Shown piece by piece: positions 18,701 through 27,800 of a stretch of 64,000 nucleotides of DNA. Each line of letters starts with the position of its first letter. The first letter of the stretch is position 1. Origin of the DNA: Flavobacterium sp. Its GTDB lineage: Bacteria > Bacteroidota > Bacteroidia > Flavobacteriales > Flavobacteriaceae. The stretch covers positions 4,804 through 68,803 of the forward strand of contig NZ_JBJXDQ010000003.1 of NCBI RefSeq assembly GCF_046155325.1. Reading direction: 5' to 3'. The notes under the pieces were generated by a model that saw only the letters and a list, made by a program, of their open reading frames with translations, was not told the origin of the DNA and did not search any database. The position numbers were made by a program, and so were the translations under genes.

Positions 18701-19657
18701 ATGAAAACTACTATTACTTTTTCCGCAAAAACAGCACTTTATTCCTATATTGGTGTATTAAGTATTTTAATTTCATCTTGTAGCTCATACCAAAACAGTT
18801 CCTATTATGATACTGACGGTATTTATGGAAATACCGAGGTTAGAAACATCGAAAAAAGAACTACTGAAAATGTAACCCAAAATACTTCGAATAATAAATA
18901 CAAAGAATATTTCAATTCTTTGCAAAACGAAAATTTATCTAGTGGATTATTTAACGATGTACAAAATGATAATATTATTAATTCAAACAATGCTGATGCA
19001 AATCGTGAATACAACAACCCTAATACCACTATTATTTACGTAAATGATAACGGATGGAACAACTGGAATTCTGGTTGGGGAATGAACAACTGGTATGGCG
19101 GTTGGGGATGGAACAACGGATGGGGAATGAATAACTGGTACGGCGGTTGGGGATGGAATAATTGGAACAATGGATGGGGAGGAAATTTTGGTTGGGGATG
19201 GAACAACGGTTGGGGATGTAATAATTGGGGAAACCAATATTACTCCAACAATCAATATTCTTATGCAGTTGGCAGACGTGGATCTGCAAATACTAATGTT
19301 AGAAATGTAAACAGAAGCAATTCCCAAAACAACACTGTAAATAACAGATCAAATTATACCATTTCGAGTAGAAACGCTTCTAATAATGATTTAAACAGAA
19401 CCGTTATAAGAAGAACCGAATCACAAATTCAAAATAATTCCACTTCGACGAATCGTACTAGAACCAATTCAGACACCAATACTACTCGTTCCGAAAGCAC
19501 TACTCCTACTAGATCCTACACGCCTAGTTCCAATAATTCATCAAACAATTCGAGAAGTTCGAGTTCGTTTGACAGCGGTAGCCGATCATCTAACAGTGGT
19601 GGTGGATCTTTTGGCGGCGGAGGAGGAAGATCATCTGGTAGCGGAGGAAGAAGATAA
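18701..19657 (+). CDS. Putative lipoprotein with W/G/N and S/G/R low-complexity regions
   Basis: Lipobox-like ISSC; GWGWNN repeats; GGGRSSGSGGRR tail. Confidence 0.75.
   Translation: MKTTITFSAKTALYSYIGVLSILISSCSSYQNSSYYDTDGIYGNTEVRNIEKRTTENVTQNTSNNKYKEYFNSLQNENLSSGLFNDVQNDNIINSNNADANREYNNPNTTIIYVNDNGWNNWNSGWGMNNWYGGWGWNNGWGMNNWYGGWGWNNWNNGWGGNFGWGWNNGWGCNNWGNQYYSNNQYSYAVGRRGSANTNVRNVNRSNSQNNTVNNRSNYTISSRNASNNDLNRTVIRRTESQIQNNSTSTNRTRTNSDTNTTRSESTTPTRSYTPSSNNSSNNSRSSSSFDSGSRSSNSGGGSFGGGGGRSSGSGGRR
19076..19165 (+). repeat. 45-nt tandem coding repeat (WGMNNWYGGWGWNN x2)
   Basis: Units start at 19076 and 19121; the four differences in the first 14 codons are all synonymous. Confidence 0.9.
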
Positions 19658-19701
19658 TATTGACTTAATTAAAATAAAGAAACAACCTTATTTAAATTGA
19701 A

Positions 19702-21252
19702 ATGAAAAAACAACTTTTCTTATTGTTTGCAGGCTTTACATTTGGGTTTACACAAGCGCAAGATATTCCTGATGCCCTACGATATGCTCAAGACAACCTC
19801 AACGGAACGGCGCGTTTTAGAGCTATGGGAGGCGCTTTTGGAGCATTGGGAGGAGATCTGTCGGCTATAAATGTAAATCCTGCTGGTTCAGCAATATTCT
19901 CCAACAATCAAGTAAGTGCAACTCTTAGCAACTACAACATTCAAAATAACTCTAGTTATTTTGTAAATAAGACTACCAAAAAAAACAATTCTTTTGATTT
20001 GAATCAAGCCGGTGGTGTTTTCGTTTTTAAAAACAATGACCCAAAAAGTGATTGGAAAAAGATTTCATTGGCAGTAAACTACGAGAATACCAACAACCTA
20101 AACAATAGCTTGTTTTCGGCTGGAACTAATCCTAATAATTCTATAGACCAGTATTTCCTTTATTATGCCAATAGAGACGGCGGTGTATCTTCCTCTAATT
20201 TAGAATTACAAAACGGAGAAACCGACACAGAACTTTATGATTATTTGGGTTTGAATGAAGGTTTTGGTTCTCAACAAGCATTTTTAGGGTATTTTGGACA
20301 AGGATATATAATTAATAAAGCTTCCGATTATAATGAAGCTACAAATCGAAATTATGTTTCTCTGGTGCCTGAAGGTGGAAATTACTTTCAAGAAAACGAA
20401 ATCACATCTACAGGATATAATGGCAAACTTTCCTTTAATACTGCAACGTCCTACCAAGACAAGTTGTATTTAGGGATAAACCTAAACGCTCATTTTACCG
20501 ATTACAGACAAACATCTAGTTTTTATGAAGACAACGGTGCTCCTTTGACTTCAGAATATACCGTATCTAGATTGCGTTTTGAAAATGAATTATACACTTA
20601 CGGAAATGGATTTTCGTTTCAATTGGGTGCTATTGTAAAAGCGACTAAAGAAATCCGTTTGGGTCTTGCTTATGAATCACCAACCTATTATAATTTGAAT
20701 GATGAATTATCGCAAAAACTCCTTGTTGTAAGTGAGAATACTTCTGGAGAGCTTCCAACGGATGTTGTTGAGCCTCAATTCCCAAATGTTTATGCACCTT
20801 ATAAACTACAAACACCCGGAAAAATCACAGGGAGCTTTGCCTATATTTTTGGAAAAACAGGTTTGCTTAGTATAGATTATGCTATAAAAGATTATTCGAA
20901 CACCCAATTTAAACCCCAAAACGAATTCACTTCTGTCAATACTACAATGGCGAATAGCTTGGGGCAAACAGGCGAATTGCGTCTGGGTGGCGAATACAAA
21001 ATAGAAAAATGGAGCCTAAGAGGTGGCTATCGTTTTGAACAAAGTCCATATAAAAACGGGACAACCGTTGGTGATTTAAAGGTATATTCTGGAGGATTGG
21101 GCTATAATTTTGGTTCGACAAAATTAGATGTATCGTATTCGACATCAAAAAGAAATTCCAATCAAGGTTTTTTCTCTCAAGGATTTACAGATGGGGCAAC
21201 CATAAATACTACAAATAATAATCTATCACTAACTTTGTTGTTTGAATTATAA
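19702..21252 (+). CDS. OmpP1/FadL family outer-membrane transporter
   Basis: GTARFRAMGGAFGALGGDLSAINVNPAG N-terminal hatch; beta-strand pattern. Confidence 0.85.
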   Translation: MKKQLFLLFAGFTFGFTQAQDIPDALRYAQDNLNGTARFRAMGGAFGALGGDLSAINVNPAGSAIFSNNQVSATLSNYNIQNNSSYFVNKTTKKNNSFDLNQAGGVFVFKNNDPKSDWKKISLAVNYENTNNLNNSLFSAGTNPNNSIDQYFLYYANRDGGVSSSNLELQNGETDTELYDYLGLNEGFGSQQAFLGYFGQGYIINKASDYNEATNRNYVSLVPEGGNYFQENEITSTGYNGKLSFNTATSYQDKLYLGINLNAHFTDYRQTSSFYEDNGAPLTSEYTVSRLRFENELYTYGNGFSFQLGAIVKATKEIRLGLAYESPTYYNLNDELSQKLLVVSENTSGELPTDVVEPQFPNVYAPYKLQTPGKITGSFAYIFGKTGLLSIDYAIKDYSNTQFKPQNEFTSVNTTMANSLGQTGELRLGGEYKIEKWSLRGGYRFEQSPYKNGTTVGDLKVYSGGLGYNFGSTKLDVSYSTSKRNSNQGFFSQGFTDGATINTTNNNLSLTLLFEL

Positions 21253-21253
21253 T

Positions 21254-21290
21254 CCTCTCCCCCAGCCCTCTCCAAAGGAGAGGGAGCAGA
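21254..21290. repeat. CCCTCTCC/GGAGAGGG REP-like hairpin
   Basis: ccctctcc-aaa-ggagaggg at 21266-21284 preceded by cctctcccccag; GC-rich island in an AT-rich spacer. Confidence 0.7.
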
Positions 21291-21384
21291 AACTGGATAT
21301 AAATATTGTAAATAGAAAGCCATTTCATTTATTGAAGTGGTTTTCCTTTTAGTGGATATTTTGAAATACTAAAAGTACTAAAAT

Positions 21385-21447
21385 AGACCCGAGTGCAGTG
21401 GAAATCCTCCCGATTTTTCTTCGGGAGATTAAAACGAAAAGCGGGAC
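21385..21447 (+). ncRNA. Probable Flavo-1-like RNA motif/repeat
   Basis: cccg..gcagtggaaatc-[ctcccga/tcgggag hairpin]-gatt..cgaaaagcggga layout matches my recollection of the Flavo-1 motif; not verified by a covariance search. Confidence 0.55.
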
Positions 21448-21537
21448 TCAACACTCTAAAAAAATACAAAGGTTTATGCTTCTAAAAATAAAAATCGTAA
21501 TTTTGCAAAATTCCCAATTTATAGGGATTATAAATCT

Positions 21538-22839
21538 ATGAGAACCAAATCTTTAAAAAAGAATAAAATCAACGTCATCACCCTTGGATGTTCGAAAAAT
21601 GTATACGATAGCGAAGTGTTAATGGGTCAACTTCGTGCCAGCGGAAAAGATGTTGTACATGAGCAAGAAGGAAATATTGTAGTAATTAACACCTGTGGTT
21701 TTATTGATAACGCTAAGGCCGAATCGGTAAATATGATTCTAGAATATGCTGATAAAAAAGAGAAAGGATTAGTAGATAAGGTTTTTGTTACGGGCTGTTT
21801 ATCTGAAAGATACCGTCCTGATTTAGAAAAAGAAATTCCAAATGTGGATCAATATTTTGGCACCACAGAATTACCAGCTTTATTAAAAGCATTGGGAGCC
21901 GATTATAAGCACGAATTATTAGGCGAACGCATAACTACCACTCCAAAAAATTATGCTTATTTAAAAATTGCCGAAGGTTGTGACAGACCTTGTAGTTTTT
22001 GCGCCATTCCATTGATGCGTGGAAAACATGTTTCACAAACCATCGAAAAATTGGTAAAAGAAGCTGAAGGTTTGGCTAAAAATGGTGTAAAAGAATTGAT
22101 TTTGATTGCACAAGATTTGACTTATTATGGCTTAGATATTTACAAAAAGAGAAATCTAGGCGAATTACTCGAAGCTTTGGTAAAAGTGGAAGGAATCGAA
22201 TGGATTCGTTTGCACTACGCCTTCCCTACTGGTTTTCCTATGGATGTTTTAGAAATCATGAAACGGGAACCTAAGATTTGTAATTATATTGATATTCCGT
22301 TGCAACACATTTCAGATTCTATTTTGAAATCGATGAAACGGGGTACTACAAAAGCAAAAACAACAAAATTGCTGAAAGAATTTCGTGAAGCAGTTCCAGG
22401 TATGACTATAAGAACTACTTTAATCGTGGGTTATCCTGGCGAAACGCAGGAAGATTTTGAGATTATGAGAGATTGGGTTCAAGAAATGAAATTTGAACGG
22501 TTGGGTTGCTTTACCTACTCCCACGAAGAAAACACAACAGCATTTGACTTAATCGATGATGTTCCTGAAGATGTAAAACAAGCAAGAGCCAACGAAATCA
22601 TGGAAATTCAATCACAGATTTCATGGGATTTGAACCAAGAGAAAATTGGCAAAACTTTCCGTTGCATCATTGACAGAAAAGAAGGAGCCCATTTTGTAGG
22701 CAGAACAGAATTTGACAGTCCCGATGTAGATAATGAAGTTTTGATTGACGCATCGAAACACTATGTAAAAACAGGCGAATTTGTAATGATAAAAGTTACT
22801 GACGCTACTGAATTTGATTTATTTGCAGAACCAGTTTAA
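21538..22839 (+). CDS. rimO: Ribosomal protein S12 methylthiotransferase RimO
   Basis: LGCSKNVYDSE, NTCGFI, CDRPCSFC radical SAM motif, TRAM domain. Confidence 0.95.
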   Translation: MRTKSLKKNKINVITLGCSKNVYDSEVLMGQLRASGKDVVHEQEGNIVVINTCGFIDNAKAESVNMILEYADKKEKGLVDKVFVTGCLSERYRPDLEKEIPNVDQYFGTTELPALLKALGADYKHELLGERITTTPKNYAYLKIAEGCDRPCSFCAIPLMRGKHVSQTIEKLVKEAEGLAKNGVKELILIAQDLTYYGLDIYKKRNLGELLEALVKVEGIEWIRLHYAFPTGFPMDVLEIMKREPKICNYIDIPLQHISDSILKSMKRGTTKAKTTKLLKEFREAVPGMTIRTTLIVGYPGETQEDFEIMRDWVQEMKFERLGCFTYSHEENTTAFDLIDDVPEDVKQARANEIMEIQSQISWDLNQEKIGKTFRCIIDRKEGAHFVGRTEFDSPDVDNEVLIDASKHYVKTGEFVMIKVTDATEFDLFAEPV

Positions 22840-22847
22840 TAAATAAT

Positions 22848-23309
22848 ATGAAAACATCAAACTTAATAGTCGCTTTTTCTTTTGTTTTATTTTCAATCAA
22901 TTCTCTTCATGCTCAGTTTGGCAATAACGGATTCGGAAACGGAATGAACAGACAAAATAATGGCATGAACCAAATGAGTCAGCCCACTCCAGATGATAAA
23001 CCTGAAGAAGTTCCTGTTGAAAAAACTGTTGGCATAATAATGGAGAGAATGAAAACAGAAGTGAATTTAGACGAACTTCAAGTTATTGCGATTTCAATTG
23101 TGCTTAAAGAAAGTATAATTGAACAAGGAAAATTATTGAAACAGAAATTTAGCCAAGAAGACCAAATAAAAAATTTTGAAGCCTTAAGCGAAACTACCGA
23201 TAGAAAAATAGGTGAATTTTTAAACAAAGATCAAAAAGAAAAATACATTCTTTTTAAAGAAGAGATTAAAAATCCTAAAAAATCAAATTCTAAAAGAAAA
23301 AAGAAATAA
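22848..23309 (+). CDS. Secreted hypothetical protein
   Basis: Signal peptide ending HAQ; N/G/M-rich segment then helical region. Confidence 0.7.
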   Translation: MKTSNLIVAFSFVLFSINSLHAQFGNNGFGNGMNRQNNGMNQMSQPTPDDKPEEVPVEKTVGIIMERMKTEVNLDELQVIAISIVLKESIIEQGKLLKQKFSQEDQIKNFEALSETTDRKIGEFLNKDQKEKYILFKEEIKNPKKSNSKRKKK

Positions 23310-23342
23310 TTTTTTAATTTAATATTTTAAAAATCTTTGGTT

Positions 23343-24254
23343 ATGATGTTATCTAAAAAAATTAATTACATTTTAATACTGAATTTAATTCTAATTTCTT
23401 GCTCAACAAATCCGTATAAAAAAAGTGAGAAAGTATATGACGAAAAATTAAGTACAATTAAGGAAACCATATCTGTCAAAGAAGCAACTTCATTACAAAA
23501 AGTAGAAATACCAGAAACAAATCGCGATTCTTTATATTTAAAACAATTATTGATTTATAAAGATTCAATATCAAAAACTGGCGGTATTCCTTTGCAAGAA
23601 GGAATCAGTACGGAATGGATTGGCACTGTAAATTTCAATCTTAGAAAACCCAATTTTATCATCATTCACCACACCGCTCAAGATTCGTTACAACAAACTA
23701 TAAAAACATTTACTAAAAACGAAAGCAAGGTAAGTGCTCATTATGTTATTTCTAAAGATGGTAAAATAGTTCACATGCTAAACGATTATCTCCGTGCTTG
23801 GCATGCAGGAATTTCATCCTGGGGAAAAAACACTGATATCAATTCATGTTCTATTGGGATTGAAATAGATAATAATGGTAATGAAGCCTTTTCAGAATTA
23901 CAAATTAATACTTTATTGGCATTATTAACTAAATTAAAGAAAGACTACAATATTCCGGTAGAAAATATAATAGGACATTCAGATATTGCACCGACACGAA
24001 AACAAGATCCTAGCGCCTTTTTTCCATGGAAAACATTAGCTTCAATGGGATTTGGGATATGGCCAGACGAAGTTTTAGAAAATGCACCTCCAACTTTCAG
24101 TATAGAACAAGGATTGCGTATTATTGGCTATAACACCACAAACCTGACGGCAGCCATTAAAGCTTTTAAATTACACTTTATACAAACTGAAGTTGATGCT
24201 TATTTAGACCCAAAAACTATAAATACGATTTATAACTTGTCTAAAAGACAATAA
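23343..24254 (+). CDS. N-acetylmuramoyl-L-alanine amidase (Amidase_2/AmiD-like lipoprotein)
   Basis: IIIHHTA, SAHYVI, RAWHAG, SIGIEIDN, GHSDIAPTRKQDP; lipobox LISC. Confidence 0.92.
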   Translation: MMLSKKINYILILNLILISCSTNPYKKSEKVYDEKLSTIKETISVKEATSLQKVEIPETNRDSLYLKQLLIYKDSISKTGGIPLQEGISTEWIGTVNFNLRKPNFIIIHHTAQDSLQQTIKTFTKNESKVSAHYVISKDGKIVHMLNDYLRAWHAGISSWGKNTDINSCSIGIEIDNNGNEAFSELQINTLLALLTKLKKDYNIPVENIIGHSDIAPTRKQDPSAFFPWKTLASMGFGIWPDEVLENAPPTFSIEQGLRIIGYNTTNLTAAIKAFKLHFIQTEVDAYLDPKTINTIYNLSKRQ

Positions 24255-24298
24255 TGTATCATTTTAATTTTGAATTTACCGACAACAATAAGTGGCTA

Positions 24299-24375
24299 TT
24301 TGTCATTCTGAGCGCAGTAAGAATCACATAACGATAGCAACAGATGTGATTCTTCACTGCGCTCAGAATGACAAA
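24299..24375. repeat. Long REP-like inverted repeat (TGTCA-type)
   Basis: 31-bp stem (24299-24329 with 24344-24375, one bulged C at 24355), 14-nt loop. Confidence 0.9.
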
Positions 24376-24425
24376 ACAACATAAATTTACTAGATAGAAT
24401 TCTTTTTGTCAGGACAATTAGTTCC

Positions 24426-24457
24426 AAAAAAAAATCCCGCAAATTGCGGGACTTTTT
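24426..24457. terminator. Bidirectional terminator
   Basis: tcccgcaa/ttgcggga stem with A and T flanks. Confidence 0.75.
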
Positions 24458-24478
24458 GTATAAAAGTGTTTTGGATTC

Positions 24479-25477
24479 TTAGAAACCGTAAACTACAGCT
24501 AATGAAATTTGCGAAGCAGATTTTGCCGGAGCTCCGTCTGAATCTTCAAATAATATTTCATCAGAATTATTATCCATTCTAAACTCAGGAATAAAAGTTA
24601 ATCCACCTGATTTTAGGTTAGCTGATAAAGTAAGAGCTGTTACTGAAGTATCAAAAGAATTCTTTTTAGATTTAAATGACTCAGCACGCAAACCTAAACC
24701 AAAATTACTAGATACAGCATAAGATGGATACAAAGCAAAACCAGTATATCCTGTATCTTCACCAACTCCAGCAAAATCAGCAGCATTTAACCCTAATTTG
24801 AATTTTTCTGAAATTTGGTAAGCAGCTGTTAAATCAATAATAGTTCCTTTAGATGAACCATCTAAGTAATTAATATAAGCAGTAAAACCCTCAAACGGAG
24901 TTAATGACAACTGAGCTCCAATGTTATTTAATCCTAAATCAGCATCTGCTTGATAAAGATTCCAGTCATTATTAAACAAACCTACCATCAAACCTACTTT
25001 GCTAGAGATAGCATAATTAGCTTTAATACCAGCATTTTGGAATGGTCCGTTGGTAAATAAATACGAAGTAGAGTAGTGTAAATTCCCTAATGGAGAAATC
25101 ACTTCATATCCTACAAATGTAGCCATATATCCAGCCGTTAAAGTTAACTTGTCAGATGCAGCATAAGCAGCATACAAGTTTTGGATGTGGAAAGATTGAC
25201 CTCCTACTTCTGGAATAGATTGCCCTGCTCCTCTAGGACCAAAAGAAACTTCACCTACAAAAGAGGTTTTACCTGTTTTTTTCTTCAACGCAATATCAAT
25301 CATACCTAAAGAAACGGAGTTTTGATCTGTTGCGAAACTAGTAGGAATTTGAGCCAATTTAGAAAAATCATACTTGTAGTACAAATCAGCAGAACCAGAA
25401 ATTTCTAGTGGTGTGTCTTGTGCAAACGTCACCGTTGTTGTAAGCGCTAAGGCTAAAATAGTAATTACTTTTTTCAT
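24479..25477 (-). CDS. Outer-membrane beta-barrel porin (DUF1597-like)
   Basis: Signal peptide; ISGSADLYY, YLFTNGPFQNAG, PEFRMD; C-terminal Phe. Confidence 0.75.
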   Translation of the reverse strand: MKKVITILALALTTTVTFAQDTPLEISGSADLYYKYDFSKLAQIPTSFATDQNSVSLGMIDIALKKKTGKTSFVGEVSFGPRGAGQSIPEVGGQSFHIQNLYAAYAASDKLTLTAGYMATFVGYEVISPLGNLHYSTSYLFTNGPFQNAGIKANYAISSKVGLMVGLFNNDWNLYQADADLGLNNIGAQLSLTPFEGFTAYINYLDGSSKGTIIDLTAAYQISEKFKLGLNAADFAGVGEDTGYTGFALYPSYAVSSNFGLGLRAESFKSKKNSFDTSVTALTLSANLKSGGLTFIPEFRMDNNSDEILFEDSDGAPAKSASQISLAVVYGF

Positions 25478-25765
25478 GTTTAATTTAATTTAATTATTAA
25501 TTGGGTTATTGATTTCTAAATTATATTACTATTATTTAGAAGTATCGAAATCAAAATTAACTTTTAGTTAGTATGAAATCTTTGTCTTTAATAATAGTTT
25601 TTAACAAATTTATTAACTTTTATTTAACCTAACCAGTTAAGAATTGTATTTTACGATAGAATTATCAATTTTCAAAAAACAGTAATAAAAAAAAATGCAA
25701 TCCGTAATTTTAGATTGAAATATTCTTAAATTGATTTTCAAGAATTCATTAAAATTTCAAAAAAA

Positions 25766-25809
25766 GCAAAAAGGGATTCATTTTAATTTAAAAATGAATC
25801 CCTTTTTGC
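25766..25809 (-). terminator. Strong terminator directly downstream of sbtA
   Basis: 19-bp perfect stem gcaaaaagggattcatttt/aaaatgaatccctttttgc. Confidence 0.8.
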
Positions 25810-25845
25810 TAGAATAAACTAATTTCAATAATTAAAAAACTTAAT

Positions 25846-26802
25846 TTAAGTCATTAAAACCACAGCATAATATAAAGGAAAACCAATGGTGATATTAAAA
25901 GGGAAAGTAACCGCTAGGGCCATTGGTAAATATAATCCCGGATTAGCTTTTGGTACTGCAATTTTCATCGCAGCTGGTACTGCAATATAAGAAGCACTCG
26001 CTGCAAGAATTGCGAAAATAAATCGATCCCCAATCTCCTGAGTAACAAATCCACTTAAGATTGCTACTAAACAACCATTTACTAAGGGAACTGCAATGGC
26101 GAATACTGATGTAAACCATCCGTTTTTTATAAAATCTGATAATTTTTTGCCACTTGTCATACCCATATCAAGTAAGAAAATCACAAGAAAACCTTTAAAC
26201 AAATCAGTTGTAAAAGGTTTAATCCCTTCTGCTTGGCTGTCACTTGCAAGCATACCAATGATTAAACTCCCTATTATAAGCAGAACACTCCCATTTGTAA
26301 AAGAGTGCTTGATGATTTCAGAAATTTTTATATCATTATTCTTTTTGAAAAAAGATATCATAACCACACCAACGATTATCGCTGGAGCTTCCATTAATGC
26401 CATTATTGCAACCATGTGCCCATTAAATTCAACTTTTTGAAGCTCTAAAAAAGAAATAGCTGTAACAAAAGTAACTGCACTAACAGAACCGTAAGCTGCC
26501 GCAATAGCGCCTGCATTATCGATGCCCAGTTTCTTTTTTATTATAAAAAAAGTATAAAAAGGAATAACAATTGCAGTCGCTACCCCAAAAAATACTGACC
26601 AAAAAACCTCCATATTAAAAGAACTGTGCGCTAACTCTTGACCTCCTTTAAATCCAATAGAAAACAAGAGATAAAGGGAGATAAATTTTGAGGAGTTTTC
26701 TGGAATTTTTAAATCACTTTTTACTTTTACAGCTATAATTCCTAAAAGAAAAAACAGTAATGCTGGGCTCGTCAAATTATCCATTAATAATGATGTATTC
26801 AT
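25846..26802 (-). CDS. sbtA: Sodium-dependent bicarbonate transport family permease SbtA
   Basis: KSDLKIP, YLLFSIGFKGG, AAAYGSVSAVTF, SASYIAVPAA, ALAVTFPFNI. Confidence 0.9.
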   Translation of the reverse strand: MNTSLLMDNLTSPALLFFLLGIIAVKVKSDLKIPENSSKFISLYLLFSIGFKGGQELAHSSFNMEVFWSVFFGVATAIVIPFYTFFIIKKKLGIDNAGAIAAAYGSVSAVTFVTAISFLELQKVEFNGHMVAIMALMEAPAIIVGVVMISFFKKNNDIKISEIIKHSFTNGSVLLIIGSLIIGMLASDSQAEGIKPFTTDLFKGFLVIFLLDMGMTSGKKLSDFIKNGWFTSVFAIAVPLVNGCLVAILSGFVTQEIGDRFIFAILAASASYIAVPAAMKIAVPKANPGLYLPMALAVTFPFNITIGFPLYYAVVLMT

Positions 26803-26814
26803 AATTCTTCTTTA

Positions 26815-27795
26815 TTAGTTACTATTAATTTTCTTATATTCAAAATGTTCTTCTTGAGCTCTGTATAATCGATCATTTATGGTTATGCCGAGTTGCTTTT
26901 CGGGAAATTTTTCAGCAAAAATTATATCAAAATGCATAGCATCTAGTTTATGCATAGCTGCATATAAATTTTTTGCGGCTTCTTCTAGATTTTCAACTGC
27001 TGATAATTCAATGTATTTATTAGTAGAAAGATATTCGTCATTATTTTTAAACAAGAGAAATCCAACATTTAAATTAATGTTATCTTTTATAGTATTGGAT
27101 ATATTATTTGAAACTATAAATTTTGTCTTAGGAGAATAATGTTTATTAATCATCCCAGGAGCATCTGGTGAGGCAGATGCAGTGTTTTTAATTTCTAAAT
27201 TTCCAATGCATTTTTCAATTTCCTCTTTAGAAATTGCACCAACTCTATACAAAACCGGTTTGTCATTTACAAAGCCAATAATTGTTGATTCAATTCCTTT
27301 ATCACAAGATCCTCCTTCTAAAATATAAGGAATTTTATCCCCTAGTTGTTTTTTGACATGATCAGAAGTTGTCGGACTGATATACCCAAAAGGATTAGCA
27401 CTAGGAGCCGCAAGAGGAAAATCTAATGATTCTAACAAAGCTAAAGCTATTGGATGCGAAGGAACTCTCACACCAACGGTAGGTTTTCCGCTAGTTACTT
27501 TATCCGAAATATTTGATTTTTTTTCCAAAACCAAAGTTAATGCTCCAGGCCAAAATCGATTGGCTAATTCATAGGCGATTGGTGGAATATTAAACGCAAT
27601 TGTATCTAAATAATCTATCGATTTTATATGCACTATCAGCGGATTAAATAAAGGACGTTGCTTGATTTCAAATACTTGCATAACAGCATTTTCATTAAAT
27701 GCATTGGCAGCCAACCCATATACCGTTTCTGTTGGAATAGCTACTACACTTCCTTTTCTTAGTAAGTCAGCAGCTATATTAATTTCGTTAGTCAT
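26815..27795 (-). CDS. sua5: Second threonylcarbamoyl-AMP synthase, full-length Sua5 type
   Basis: PTETVYGLAA, KQRPLFNPLIVH, FWPGALT, AAPSANPFG, PGMINKHYSP linker, C-terminal SUA5 domain (AINDRL-like TINDRL). Confidence 0.92.
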   Translation of the reverse strand: MTNEINIAADLLRKGSVVAIPTETVYGLAANAFNENAVMQVFEIKQRPLFNPLIVHIKSIDYLDTIAFNIPPIAYELANRFWPGALTLVLEKKSNISDKVTSGKPTVGVRVPSHPIALALLESLDFPLAAPSANPFGYISPTTSDHVKKQLGDKIPYILEGGSCDKGIESTIIGFVNDKPVLYRVGAISKEEIEKCIGNLEIKNTASASPDAPGMINKHYSPKTKFIVSNNISNTIKDNINLNVGFLLFKNNDEYLSTNKYIELSAVENLEEAAKNLYAAMHKLDAMHFDIIFAEKFPEKQLGITINDRLYRAQEEHFEYKKINSN

Positions 27796-27800
27796 AAATT

